From Gammaproteobacteria bacterium (GTDB taxonomy: Bacteria; Pseudomonadota; Gammaproteobacteria; Eutrophobiales; Eutrophobiaceae), in assembly GCA_046757565.1 (NCBI GenBank), contig JBHHYN010000001.1:11466-75465 (forward strand): DNA of 64,000 nt, given 5' to 3'. The notes beneath the pieces were generated by a model. The model was not told where the DNA came from. It made no database searches and saw only the letters and a program-made list of their open reading frames with translations. Position 1 is the stretch's first letter, and every line of letters starts with the position of its first letter. A program made the translations under genes and the position numbers. Below are positions 36,441-45,085 of the stretch, in pieces.

Positions 36441-36650
36441 GATGATTATCTGGACTTTCTGGACGCATACTGGTCTCTGTATACGATACCCGTCAGGGAA
36501 GAACAGACGCCTTATCACAATATCCAGTTATAAAATTCATCCCGTGGTCTTCCCACGGGGGCAAGTGATGGGGTTTCCAGAGGGGGGACGCGCATCTCTC
36601 TCCTTTGGCCGCCGGCGGGATTCATGCCCCGTTGGTGAAATAGATTTGAT

Positions 36651-39600
36651 TCAGGCCCTCTCCTCATAACTGTCCATTTCCCACTCCCGCCAACCCTGAA
36701 GTAATGGGAAATAGAGCCCCAGTTTTATTCTCCTGTCGTCCAACATTTGCATTAACACCCCGTATTTATGCAATTGCTGCCGGTAACGCATTTCTTCCTG
36801 ATCGAGAAACGCCTGCACATCGGAACCTGTATGGCGGCTGGTCTTGTAATCCACAATCCAGCGATTACTTTCATTATCAACAAAGGTCCGATCAATGACC
36901 ACATTAATGATCCTGTCATGATAAAACCCGCTTAAGGCATATTCATTCTGTTGTTCGGTGTGTTCACCAGAGACTATCCATCGTCCCCGTTCATCCTGTA
37001 TCATTTTAATCAATGCCTCTTCAACCTGTTTTCCGGCATGCTTGATCTCCTTGTCCGGTACGCCTGACTGTTTCAGTAACAACCGATAATAATTCTGCCT
37101 GGATCGGATCTTCTCTTCATCCCACTCATCGATACCCTGTTCGGTTATGAGTTGAATACAACGATGCACTACTGTGCCGATATGTTTGATGGTCTCCCCT
37201 GCCCACTGGTATTCAATCCCTGTGTCCGTGTATTCTGACTGCTCCTTGATGCCTTTCCCCTCCCAGGTCACGTCTACCGGTGGATCAGGCAGCGTCCAAT
37301 CCGCCGTCAATCGCCGCAGCGGATGGCTGTTGTCCGGGGCCCGCCCTGTTGCATCATCGCTATCGTCTTGGTTTCCGGCATTCAGTGCCTGCATAAAGTT
37401 TTCCTCCAACACCCCCCAGAGCCGGGCCAACAGGCTGTTGGCCGGTGGTGATGTGAGTTGTGGCCCTTCCACGGTATCCTTGACATCGACCGTACCGAGT
37501 AAATGCAACTGTTTCCTCGCCCGGGTTGCAGCAACATATAACAAGCGGCCCTCTTCATAACGCTGTTTTTTCTTTTCCAGACGGTCGATATATTCATGGA
37601 TGGGTGATGCGTTATCCCCGGCCGCTTTCACCGGCGCCAGTAATAAATCCTGCGAGGATTCATGCGGATTCACCGCCCATAACAACAGGCTTGTTTCGTC
37701 CCTGCCGCTGCCCCGGCCAAGTCCGGGCAGGATGACAGTATCGAATTCCAGTCCCTTCGCCTTGTGGAGGGTCATGATCTGCAGTCGATCCTCCGCACCA
37801 ACATCCGCTGCCGCGTAAAGGTTGGCAACCTGTTCCAGAAAACCGCTCCTGTTTCTGAGATCGCCGCCCTCATCGAACTGGTCCAGCAGCGCAAAGAAGG
37901 TGTGTGCATTCTCCAGATCGGTTTCCTCCTGCAGGGTTGCCGGTCCGCCAAGACGTATCCATACCGATTCCACCCAACGCCGTAATGAACGGCGTCTTTG
38001 TTCGGAAAAGGCCTGTGTCAATATTTCCCGCAGTTTTGTCAGGCGTTGTTGTCCGTCTTCTGTTAAGGTTCGAACCGTTGCCTCATCATGCATCAATTTC
38101 CACACAGTCTTGTCTCGGGATTTACCTGCCAGCATGAACAGATCACACAGGGTTAAACCACACCAGGGCGCACGTAAAACCGCCAGCCAGGCAATACGAT
38201 CCGCAAAATGATTCAGCGCAAAACCCAGCGCCAACAGATCCTGTATGACAGTCCGTTGTCCAAGCTCCTCAATGTCAACGGCGCGAAAACGCATACCGGC
38301 TCGTTGCAAGCACGGGATGATCCGGGAGAGATGGACGCGATTGCGTACCAGGATGGCGATGCTGCCGTCCGGATCAGACTGTCGTGCCGTATTCACAAGC
38401 TCTAACACTTTTTCCGCTTCGATCTGTTCGTCCCGCCCCGGTAGAGGATGAATCTGGACGGCGTTTGCAGCAGATTGATGAGAGAAAGCCTCTACCCTGG
38501 CATAACTGACAGCCCCGCGGTGGCTGTCCGTCTCTGCTGGAAACAGCTGTTTAAACGTCTCATTGACCCATGACACGATCTTCGCCCGGGACCTGAAATT
38601 CACCGAAAGATGCAAAGGCGTCAATTCGACTTGTCCCAGACGCCGCTCCTGATAGATATCTAGAAACATTCCCACCTCCGCTTCACGGAAGCGGTAGATC
38701 GATTGCATGGGATCACCGACGAGAAACAGGGTACGGCCATCCTCCGGGGACCATCCCGCGGTCAACAGCGTTAATAAAATATATTGGCTGGTGGAGATAT
38801 CCTGAAACTCATCCACCAAAAGATGTTTCATCCTGTAATCGAGATGCAAGGCCAGATCGCTGGGTGCTTGCGGATTGCCCAATGCCTGTATGGCCGCCTG
38901 GGTAACGGCGCTGAAATCCACCTGATTATGCTCTGCAAACAGCACCCGCAGCTGCGCATCCGTCATGGTCAATAACCGGCATAAGGCATCCACTACCTGC
39001 CACTCTGCGTCTGTATAAGTAACCGCTGGCAAGGCCTGGATCTCCAGCAACAATGAATGACGCTGTTCGTCTTTCGATAGTTCCACAGTCACAGCGGCAA
39101 ACTGATCTTTCATTGCCTTGCACAGCTCTTTTTCGGCCCTGCTGCCGGCGGGTGGGGGAAAACCGAGTCTGGCATCAACACGCCTGCGCCAGTTCCCGTC
39201 AGCCTTCAATAGTAGCGCCGCGATAGCCTGCCACCTGGGCAGGTCCGCCGCCGATGAACCGGGTAATTGTTGCATATCTAGACAATATCTGAGTGGCGAC
39301 GCGATATCCCGTTCCTCAAGATTGGTTGCCGCGTACCTCGATAACTCCAGCAGTTCTTCCAGCAGCGGTTCCGGGATGACTTGCACCACCATCGATAAAG
39401 TGGATTCGACCAGATGTGTCAAGGCATTCTCCAGCGCACTGCGTCTCTGCCCGGAAGCGACATAAGGTAACCATTGATCCCGGCGCCTCAACATATTGGC
39501 CAACATGTCCCTTATCCTCGGCAGATCGTTATCCAGGTGTGTTAATAACACCGCAACGGCATCCGACCAGCCTGTACCGCTTTCCAACTCCTCCAGGGCA

Positions 39601-40070
39601 TTGGCGGCCGCCTCCCGATACAACTCACCGGCATCTTCGATGGTCTGAGGCTGGGCGCCAAACCCGGAAAGGATCGGCATTTGCCGGGTAAGATTGGCGC
39701 ACAGGGAATCAATAGTCTGGATGCGTAAACGGTTTGGATTACTCACCAAGCGCCATGCCTTTTTTTGGTCCTGTGCCAGGGCCTTGCGCGCCAATTCGTA
39801 AGTCGTCAGGGCGAAGTCTTCCTGCGGCGGTATATCGGTCCGTGCCTGCTCCAGGGCCATGATAATGCGTCCCTGCATCTCGGCCGCTGCTTTACGCGTA
39901 AAGGTGATGGCAACGATCTCTTCCGGATGGTCAACCACACTCAACAACTCCAGGAAGCGCTGGATCAGCAATTCCGTCTTGCCGGAACCCGCCGGCGCCT
40001 GCACGATAAAAGACCGGTCCGGTGACAGGGCTTGTTGACGTTGCTCCCTATCGGCGGCTGTTCTGCTCAT
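36651..40070 (-). CDS. addA: AddA-like UvrD/Rep-family helicase with C-terminal PD-(D/E)xK nuclease
   Basis: 1139 aa. Walker A APAGSGKTELL, DExx LLVDEFQDIS, UvrD C-terminal helicase motifs (LYVAATRARKQL), C-terminal nuclease WIVDYKTSRH. Confidence 0.82.
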   Translation of the reverse strand: MSRTAADREQRQQALSPDRSFIVQAPAGSGKTELLIQRFLELLSVVDHPEEIVAITFTRKAAAEMQGRIIMALEQARTDIPPQEDFALTTYELARKALAQDQKKAWRLVSNPNRLRIQTIDSLCANLTRQMPILSGFGAQPQTIEDAGELYREAAANALEELESGTGWSDAVAVLLTHLDNDLPRIRDMLANMLRRRDQWLPYVASGQRRSALENALTHLVESTLSMVVQVIPEPLLEELLELSRYAATNLEERDIASPLRYCLDMQQLPGSSAADLPRWQAIAALLLKADGNWRRRVDARLGFPPPAGSRAEKELCKAMKDQFAAVTVELSKDEQRHSLLLEIQALPAVTYTDAEWQVVDALCRLLTMTDAQLRVLFAEHNQVDFSAVTQAAIQALGNPQAPSDLALHLDYRMKHLLVDEFQDISTSQYILLTLLTAGWSPEDGRTLFLVGDPMQSIYRFREAEVGMFLDIYQERRLGQVELTPLHLSVNFRSRAKIVSWVNETFKQLFPAETDSHRGAVSYARVEAFSHQSAANAVQIHPLPGRDEQIEAEKVLELVNTARQSDPDGSIAILVRNRVHLSRIIPCLQRAGMRFRAVDIEELGQRTVIQDLLALGFALNHFADRIAWLAVLRAPWCGLTLCDLFMLAGKSRDKTVWKLMHDEATVRTLTEDGQQRLTKLREILTQAFSEQRRRSLRRWVESVWIRLGGPATLQEETDLENAHTFFALLDQFDEGGDLRNRSGFLEQVANLYAAADVGAEDRLQIMTLHKAKGLEFDTVILPGLGRGSGRDETSLLLWAVNPHESSQDLLLAPVKAAGDNASPIHEYIDRLEKKKQRYEEGRLLYVAATRARKQLHLLGTVDVKDTVEGPQLTSPPANSLLARLWGVLEENFMQALNAGNQDDSDDATGRAPDNSHPLRRLTADWTLPDPPVDVTWEGKGIKEQSEYTDTGIEYQWAGETIKHIGTVVHRCIQLITEQGIDEWDEEKIRSRQNYYRLLLKQSGVPDKEIKHAGKQVEEALIKMIQDERGRWIVSGEHTEQQNEYALSGFYHDRIINVVIDRTFVDNESNRWIVDYKTSRHTGSDVQAFLDQEEMRYRQQLHKYGVLMQMLDDRRIKLGLYFPLLQGWREWEMDSYEERA

Positions 40071-40076
40071 CTCCTG

Positions 40077-42743
40077 TTACCCGTCACTCAAGGCCCGATG
40101 TTCATAGATACGGCAAAAGGCATGTTGATCGCAATAGCGGCAGGAGTCAGCCCTTTTCGGGTCGACTTGTGCATGGCCCGCACGAAATTCATCGGCCAGT
40201 GAAGCAATCGCCTGCTGCCAGAAAGAAAGTAACGCCTGCCAGGTAGAAAACCTTTTGGCATGGCGTGAATCGGCATAGGTTCCTATCCCCGGCAAGATAC
40301 CGCCCTCTTCCGCCAGGCCCACAAAGGCCGTTTCACCCTGCTTGATCCGGGCAAAGGCGAGCGCGGCGATGTCTGTCCCCTTGCAGACGGCATACAGCGG
40401 TAACTGGGGATCATCGGGACGTTCATCCAGCCAGTTCCGAACACTGGCCTGCCCGGTCTTGTAATCCACAATTACCTGCCGGCCATCATCCAGTTTATCA
40501 ATGCGATCGATGCGTGTCGTTACTTCTATCCCTTCCACACTGAAATTATGCGTCTGCTCACAGGCCGTAACCTTAAAAGGAGCACGCAACTGTTCCTGCT
40601 GTAACCAATCACGAAGCAATTTCTTCAAGCGTGCTCGTTCGAGTGAGGTAAAGCGGACAGTATAAGTCTGCGTATGGCGTTGCTGTTCAGCATTGATCAC
40701 ACTATCGACAACGGCACCGATGCGTTCTTCCAGCGGGGCGTCATCCAGTTCAAGCAACCTTTGTTGAGATCCCAATTGCTCCCAGAACAGGTGCATCATG
40801 CGATGAATCAATAAGCCACGCTCCATGGCATTCAGACCGATATCCACATTGGCAATGGATTTTGCATGCAGCCGATGTCTGGCAAAGGCCCGGAACGGGC
40901 AGGCGGATTGATCCTTGAATAATGCCGTGCCACCGCTAATCTGTTTGCCTGATTCAATTTCCGGAGCCCTGTCATCAACCAGGCACTGCAATCGCCCGGT
41001 GGTAAAAATTTGCGCGGCGTAATTCGGAATTGATTCCGGAGTTAATGTTCCGGTTTCAAGGATATATGGCTTGAGTAAAGGACTGGGTCTCAAAGGGCCC
41101 TCCTTTTCACTTAACGGAAAACTCAAGACCACGTCCGGCGAAGACGCAATCAGACGCTCCGTTAGCAATTCGGTATGAGCAAGTTTTATCTCCGCTGAGG
41201 CATCGGGCAACACCGCGTGGCGTTGTAATGCGCCGGGAATGAACGGATTGGGCCTGGCAGGAGCAGGCCAGATCTTATCATGTAATCCCATTACCCATAA
41301 ATGATCGAATTGCATACCTGCGGCTCCGGCCTGTCCCAGTACTTGCACAGGCGCCTCCGCTGTTTCCGGTTGAAAACCAAATGCTGCCGCCAACAGGCGT
41401 AGCTGAGTCAGGGCCGCTGTATAATCAAACTCCGAAGAAACAAGATCGAGGGAAGCAAACTGGCCGATCAATTCCTGCCATGCTGCAACGGTTTGATATT
41501 CAACGCTGTTGAGTGTTCGCTCGCCGGGCCACGCGAAGATTGTTAATAATTGAGTAAATGCAGCGGCCCATCGATGGGCGCTTTGTCTCCCGGGCAAGGC
41601 ATTGAAGCGTTCCCGCCATTCATGCAAGCAGGCCAGCAACGTAGCGCTTTGGTGGCGCCTGTCCCGGTCTTGTCCGCCTATGCGCAGCAGGCTTTCAATG
41701 CTGTGACGGTGTTCGCCAAAATCACGCAGGCGCGCGTCAAGCCTTGCCCGTTTACACTGTTCGTCATGCGCACCCTTGATAAATGGCGAGCGTAACAGTG
41801 CCCCGATGTCATCAAGCATCAGTGGTTGTCTGCCCAGCGCGAGAATCGTCAATGCCGCGTCAATGATCGGATAACCACTTAAGGACCTTCCCAGAGAGAA
41901 GTTATAAGGACGTTCAAGGCTATCGGGATTGTGCAGCAACAACGCCGGCAATAATACGTCATCCATCCCGATTTCAATCTGATCGCGCAGGGATTGCAGA
42001 TTGGGAACAACTATTCCAATGGGGCCTTTCGCACCGGAATCAAGCAAACCCCTGACCCAGTTTGCCGCAGCAGTGATCTCTGCACGAATATCGTTAAATC
42101 CCTGACAGCATACTTGCCGGTTTTTATCCTCTAATTCAAGAGTAAGGACCTCATGACCTGAACCCTTCAACGCTTTGAACAACAATTTTTGTTGCGGGGT
42201 GAATTCATCAAACCCGACGATTACGATTTTTTTTGAAATATCAATCGTCCGCTTCTCGAGTCTATCCGCCAGAATAGTAGCGAGGCTTGCCTCGTCTACC
42301 CAGGAGTTCGACTTGCAGGAGTGTTGATACTCATCCGCCCAGGTCTTGAAGGCGCGTGCATCTTCATTCAAGTAGATGTCATCGGGAAAAACCGGCAGGC
42401 GCCATTGCCGGCACAGGGACCAGGCAGCCATGGCCTCTCTTCCTGTTGTAACAGGATTTAATAACTGACTGGCGGATGGTGAAGCGGCCAGCAATCGTTG
42501 CCACACAAGCAACTGTTGCTGTGGTGTAAGCAACGTCTGATCCACATCATATGCGCTGATATAATGCTGCCACAACCGGGATAACCATACTCCCCAGGGC
42601 AATATCGGTACCGTCTCCCAGGCAAGTTTGCCATTCTCCATCTGCTCACCGGCATGGCGATAGAGTATATGGCGCGCCAGACGGCGACTGGCGGTGACCA
42701 GGGTAAATCCCTTTTTTATGTACTCTCCAGCCTCGTGCTTCAT
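40077..42743 (-). CDS. AddB-like partner: inactivated-helicase scaffold + RecB-family nuclease with Fe-S cysteine staple (TIGR03623-like probable DNA repair protein)
   Basis: 888 aa with no intact Walker A. Nuclease motif VIVDYKTG. Cysteines in ...QSACPFRAF... and C-terminal CRYCDQHAFC (C-x2-C-x5-C), as in AddB/Cas4 iron-staple nucleases. Confidence 0.75.
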   Translation of the reverse strand: MKHEAGEYIKKGFTLVTASRRLARHILYRHAGEQMENGKLAWETVPILPWGVWLSRLWQHYISAYDVDQTLLTPQQQLLVWQRLLAASPSASQLLNPVTTGREAMAAWSLCRQWRLPVFPDDIYLNEDARAFKTWADEYQHSCKSNSWVDEASLATILADRLEKRTIDISKKIVIVGFDEFTPQQKLLFKALKGSGHEVLTLELEDKNRQVCCQGFNDIRAEITAAANWVRGLLDSGAKGPIGIVVPNLQSLRDQIEIGMDDVLLPALLLHNPDSLERPYNFSLGRSLSGYPIIDAALTILALGRQPLMLDDIGALLRSPFIKGAHDEQCKRARLDARLRDFGEHRHSIESLLRIGGQDRDRRHQSATLLACLHEWRERFNALPGRQSAHRWAAAFTQLLTIFAWPGERTLNSVEYQTVAAWQELIGQFASLDLVSSEFDYTAALTQLRLLAAAFGFQPETAEAPVQVLGQAGAAGMQFDHLWVMGLHDKIWPAPARPNPFIPGALQRHAVLPDASAEIKLAHTELLTERLIASSPDVVLSFPLSEKEGPLRPSPLLKPYILETGTLTPESIPNYAAQIFTTGRLQCLVDDRAPEIESGKQISGGTALFKDQSACPFRAFARHRLHAKSIANVDIGLNAMERGLLIHRMMHLFWEQLGSQQRLLELDDAPLEERIGAVVDSVINAEQQRHTQTYTVRFTSLERARLKKLLRDWLQQEQLRAPFKVTACEQTHNFSVEGIEVTTRIDRIDKLDDGRQVIVDYKTGQASVRNWLDERPDDPQLPLYAVCKGTDIAALAFARIKQGETAFVGLAEEGGILPGIGTYADSRHAKRFSTWQALLSFWQQAIASLADEFRAGHAQVDPKRADSCRYCDQHAFCRIYEHRALSDG

Positions 42744-42938
42744 GTTTTATTACAGGGTGATCGCTAATAAATCAGGATATTTCGAATATCTTTCTTTTCC
42801 GATGTTGGCATTATAAACCTCGAATGTTAACCTGTGCCTTGAATATAAAAAAACCAATTGATCATGATGATCCGAGCCGGGGAACTAAAAGAACAGGAAT
42901 ATGGGCTGCCCTGTACACGGGTAAAACCTACCAGGCAT

Positions 42939-43868
42939 ATGCCCGATATGCTTGAGACCGTCCGTAACGGCCTGCTTGAATCTCCGCGAACGATACCTCC
43001 TAAATATTTTTACGATGATCGCGGTTCCATGCTATTCGACCGCATCTGTGAGACGGACGAATACTATCCCACACGGACTGAAGACTCACTATTATCAAAA
43101 CACGGAGTCGATATCATCGCTGAATCCTTGCCGGACCAGATAATAGAATTAGGCAGTGGGAGTTCGGTGAAAACGCGGCGATTGTTCGATGCCTGTGAAG
43201 TCCATACCCATATCTGTGGCTATGCCCCTTTTGATGTGTGTGAACCGATTCTTACTCAGACGGCGTGTGATCTGTGGTTGGAATATCAATGGCTGCAGAT
43301 TACCCCCTTGTTAGGCGATTACCTTGCCGGCCTGGGGAATCTTCCCGCAACGGAAGGGGTGAGAATGTTTGTATTCCTTGGCAGTACTATCGGTAATTTC
43401 CCGCTGGATGAGGCCAGGGAATTCATCAGGGAAATCCGGGACTGTATGCGACCGGGTGACTATTTTCTACTCGGCGCGGACCGGGTAAAAGACAGCAATA
43501 TTTTAAATGCCGCCTATAACGATGCGGAAGGATTGACTGCTGAATTCAATTTGAATGTTTTAAACGTATTGAATCGCGAAATGAATGCAGATTTTGACCC
43601 TGCCGGTTTCGCTCATCAGGCTGCTTTCAACAAAGAACTCAGCAGGATCGAAATGCATCTGGTTTCAAAGAGGGATCAGGAAGTACATCTGGGAAAAATT
43701 GAGATGACTATTTCCTTATCGTCAGAGGAAAAGATTCTGACGGAGATAAGCCGTAAATTCCGGTTTTCCGAACTGGAGACAATGCTTGAAACAAGCGGCT
43801 TTAATATTATCAACCACTTTGAATCAGCCAATCACTATTTCTCGTTAATACTTTCCCGCTTGAACTGA
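42939..43868 (+). CDS. EgtD-like SAM-dependent methyltransferase (L-histidine N-alpha-methyltransferase family). True start is the ATG at 42939
   Basis: LLESPRTIPPKYFYDDRGSMLFDRICETDEYYPTRTEDSLL...IIELGSGSSVKTRRL...FLGSTIGNF...LLGADRVKD...AYNDAEGLTAEFNLNVL: the characteristic EgtD/DUF2260 block order. Confidence 0.78.
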   Translation: MPDMLETVRNGLLESPRTIPPKYFYDDRGSMLFDRICETDEYYPTRTEDSLLSKHGVDIIAESLPDQIIELGSGSSVKTRRLFDACEVHTHICGYAPFDVCEPILTQTACDLWLEYQWLQITPLLGDYLAGLGNLPATEGVRMFVFLGSTIGNFPLDEAREFIREIRDCMRPGDYFLLGADRVKDSNILNAAYNDAEGLTAEFNLNVLNVLNREMNADFDPAGFAHQAAFNKELSRIEMHLVSKRDQEVHLGKIEMTISLSSEEKILTEISRKFRFSELETMLETSGFNIINHFESANHYFSLILSRLN

Positions 43869-43889
43869 GCGGTAACCGGTCGCTGTTGT

Positions 43890-44576
43890 TCAACGCTCCG
43901 CCCGGATGGAGATCTTATCCGCCAACGATGGCTTGTCAATGTAGGGATTGCGTTGTCCCTGAAGTTTCTCAATCTTGTCGTTGCGGGCTATTTCCTGATC
44001 GCTCGGTGGGTCTTCCCGGTTCCAGACCTTAAGCAGTTTGATCATTCCAGGATTTATCACCACTCCATATTTAGTATGCATATAGAAGATCGCCCTGGCT
44101 ATATTACCCCTGGCCAGGGGACGTGGTTCCACCACACCGGACTTCCATTCGAAGTCGCAATCGTCAAAGCGCCACTCTTCCCCGGGAATCACCCCGTATG
44201 AACGATTATACCGATAGGTCACCATATTCTGCCAAACGGGATACATATTGTGCATATCGGACTCCATGCGGGCGAATTTTTTATTATTCGATTCCCGGCA
44301 CTGCATACGGCTGTCACAACCCGCCTGCTTAAACATCAAGCTTGTTGGATAAATATGCTCTATGCCGATAAATCTTCCGTCCTGCGTCCTTTTATCGGTC
44401 TCGAACCGGTATCCACAATAAAGTGTCCAGCCACCATAGGTATAGAGTTCATGCCAGAACAGTGTGCTCGCAACATAATCATAATCAGTTATGCCGGTAG
44501 CAGCAGGAATGACGGGTGTGATAAAGGTCAAACAACTGACTAATACCGTCTTTTTAATGTTTTCGGTGAGTTTCAT
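43890..44576 (-). CDS. endA: Periplasmic endonuclease I (EndA family). True start is the ATG at 44576; the longer track ORF would overlap the tRNA
   Basis: Signal peptide MKLTENIKKTVLVSCLTFITPVIPAA. Conserved blocks IEHIYPTS, NMYPVWQNMV, GVVEPRPLARGNIARAIFYM, RNPYIDKP typical of Endonuclease_1. Confidence 0.85.
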   Translation of the reverse strand: MKLTENIKKTVLVSCLTFITPVIPAATGITDYDYVASTLFWHELYTYGGWTLYCGYRFETDKRTQDGRFIGIEHIYPTSLMFKQAGCDSRMQCRESNNKKFARMESDMHNMYPVWQNMVTYRYNRSYGVIPGEEWRFDDCDFEWKSGVVEPRPLARGNIARAIFYMHTKYGVVINPGMIKLLKVWNREDPPSDQEIARNDKIEKLQGQRNPYIDKPSLADKISIRAER

Positions 44577-44602
44577 TATTACACGACTTTGGACAGGCTG
44601 AC

Positions 44603-44692
44603 TGGCGGAGAGGGTGGGAGTCGAACCCACGGACCGCGCAAGCGATCACTCGATTTCGAGTCGAGCCCATTCGGCCACTCTGGCACCTCTCC
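44603..44692 (-). tRNA. tRNA-Ser (anticodon CGA), class II with long variable arm
   Basis: Reverse complement: GGAGAGGTGCCAGAGTGGCCGAATGGGCTCGACTCGAAATCGAGTGATCGCTTGCGCGGTCCGTGGGTTCGACTCCCACCCTCTCCGCCA. 7-bp acceptor stem, anticodon stem CTCGA/TCGAG with loop CT-CGA-AA, T-arm GTGGGTTCGACTCCCAC, encoded CCA. Confidence 0.93.
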
Positions 44693-44970
44693 AATCACGA
44701 CCCAATCAATCACGTGCCTGCATCCATCCCTGGTGGGGGCTACCGGCTCGTCTTCCCTGTCTCGCGTTCGCCGGGGAATGAGTCCACCGGACTCATTCCT
44801 CCTTCCGGCTCACCCACTCTGGCACCTCTCCAATCACGACCCAATCAATCACGTGCCTGCATCCATCCCTGGTGGGGGCTACCGGCTCGTCTTCCCTGTC
44901 TCGCGTTCGCCGGGGAATGAGTCCACCGGACTCATTCCTCCTTCCGGCTCACCCACTCTGGCACCTCTCC
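44693..44970. repeat. Two tandem copies of a 139-bp unit, each ending in an ~18-nt copy of the tRNA-Ser 5' end
   Basis: The string cactctggcacctctcc ends at 44692 (in the tRNA), 44831 and 44970. The intervening 121 nt look identical by eye. Each unit contains an 11-bp-stem hairpin ggaatgagtcc-acc-ggactcattcc (44775-44799 and 44914-44938). Confidence 0.93.
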
Positions 44971-45085
44971 AGCACAGTTTATTGTAATCACTGCTGATTC
45001 AAACTGACAAATGAACGTACATCTTTCTGCAAAACAGGAAGAAACAGATTCCAGATTCGAGTCAAACTAATTATCCTTATCATCA

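Noticed and set aside
44693-44970. CRISPR array or other spaced repeat.
   Set aside because: The units are directly abutting and identical, with no unique spacers. Unit length (139 bp) and content (a tRNA 5' fragment) do not fit CRISPR. No cas genes are in the window.
44589-44987. ORFs 44589-44987 (+) and 44714-44920 (+) with internally repeated peptide sequence.
   Set aside because: They run antisense through tRNA-Ser and across the 139-bp tandem repeat. The repeated peptides simply mirror the DNA duplication.
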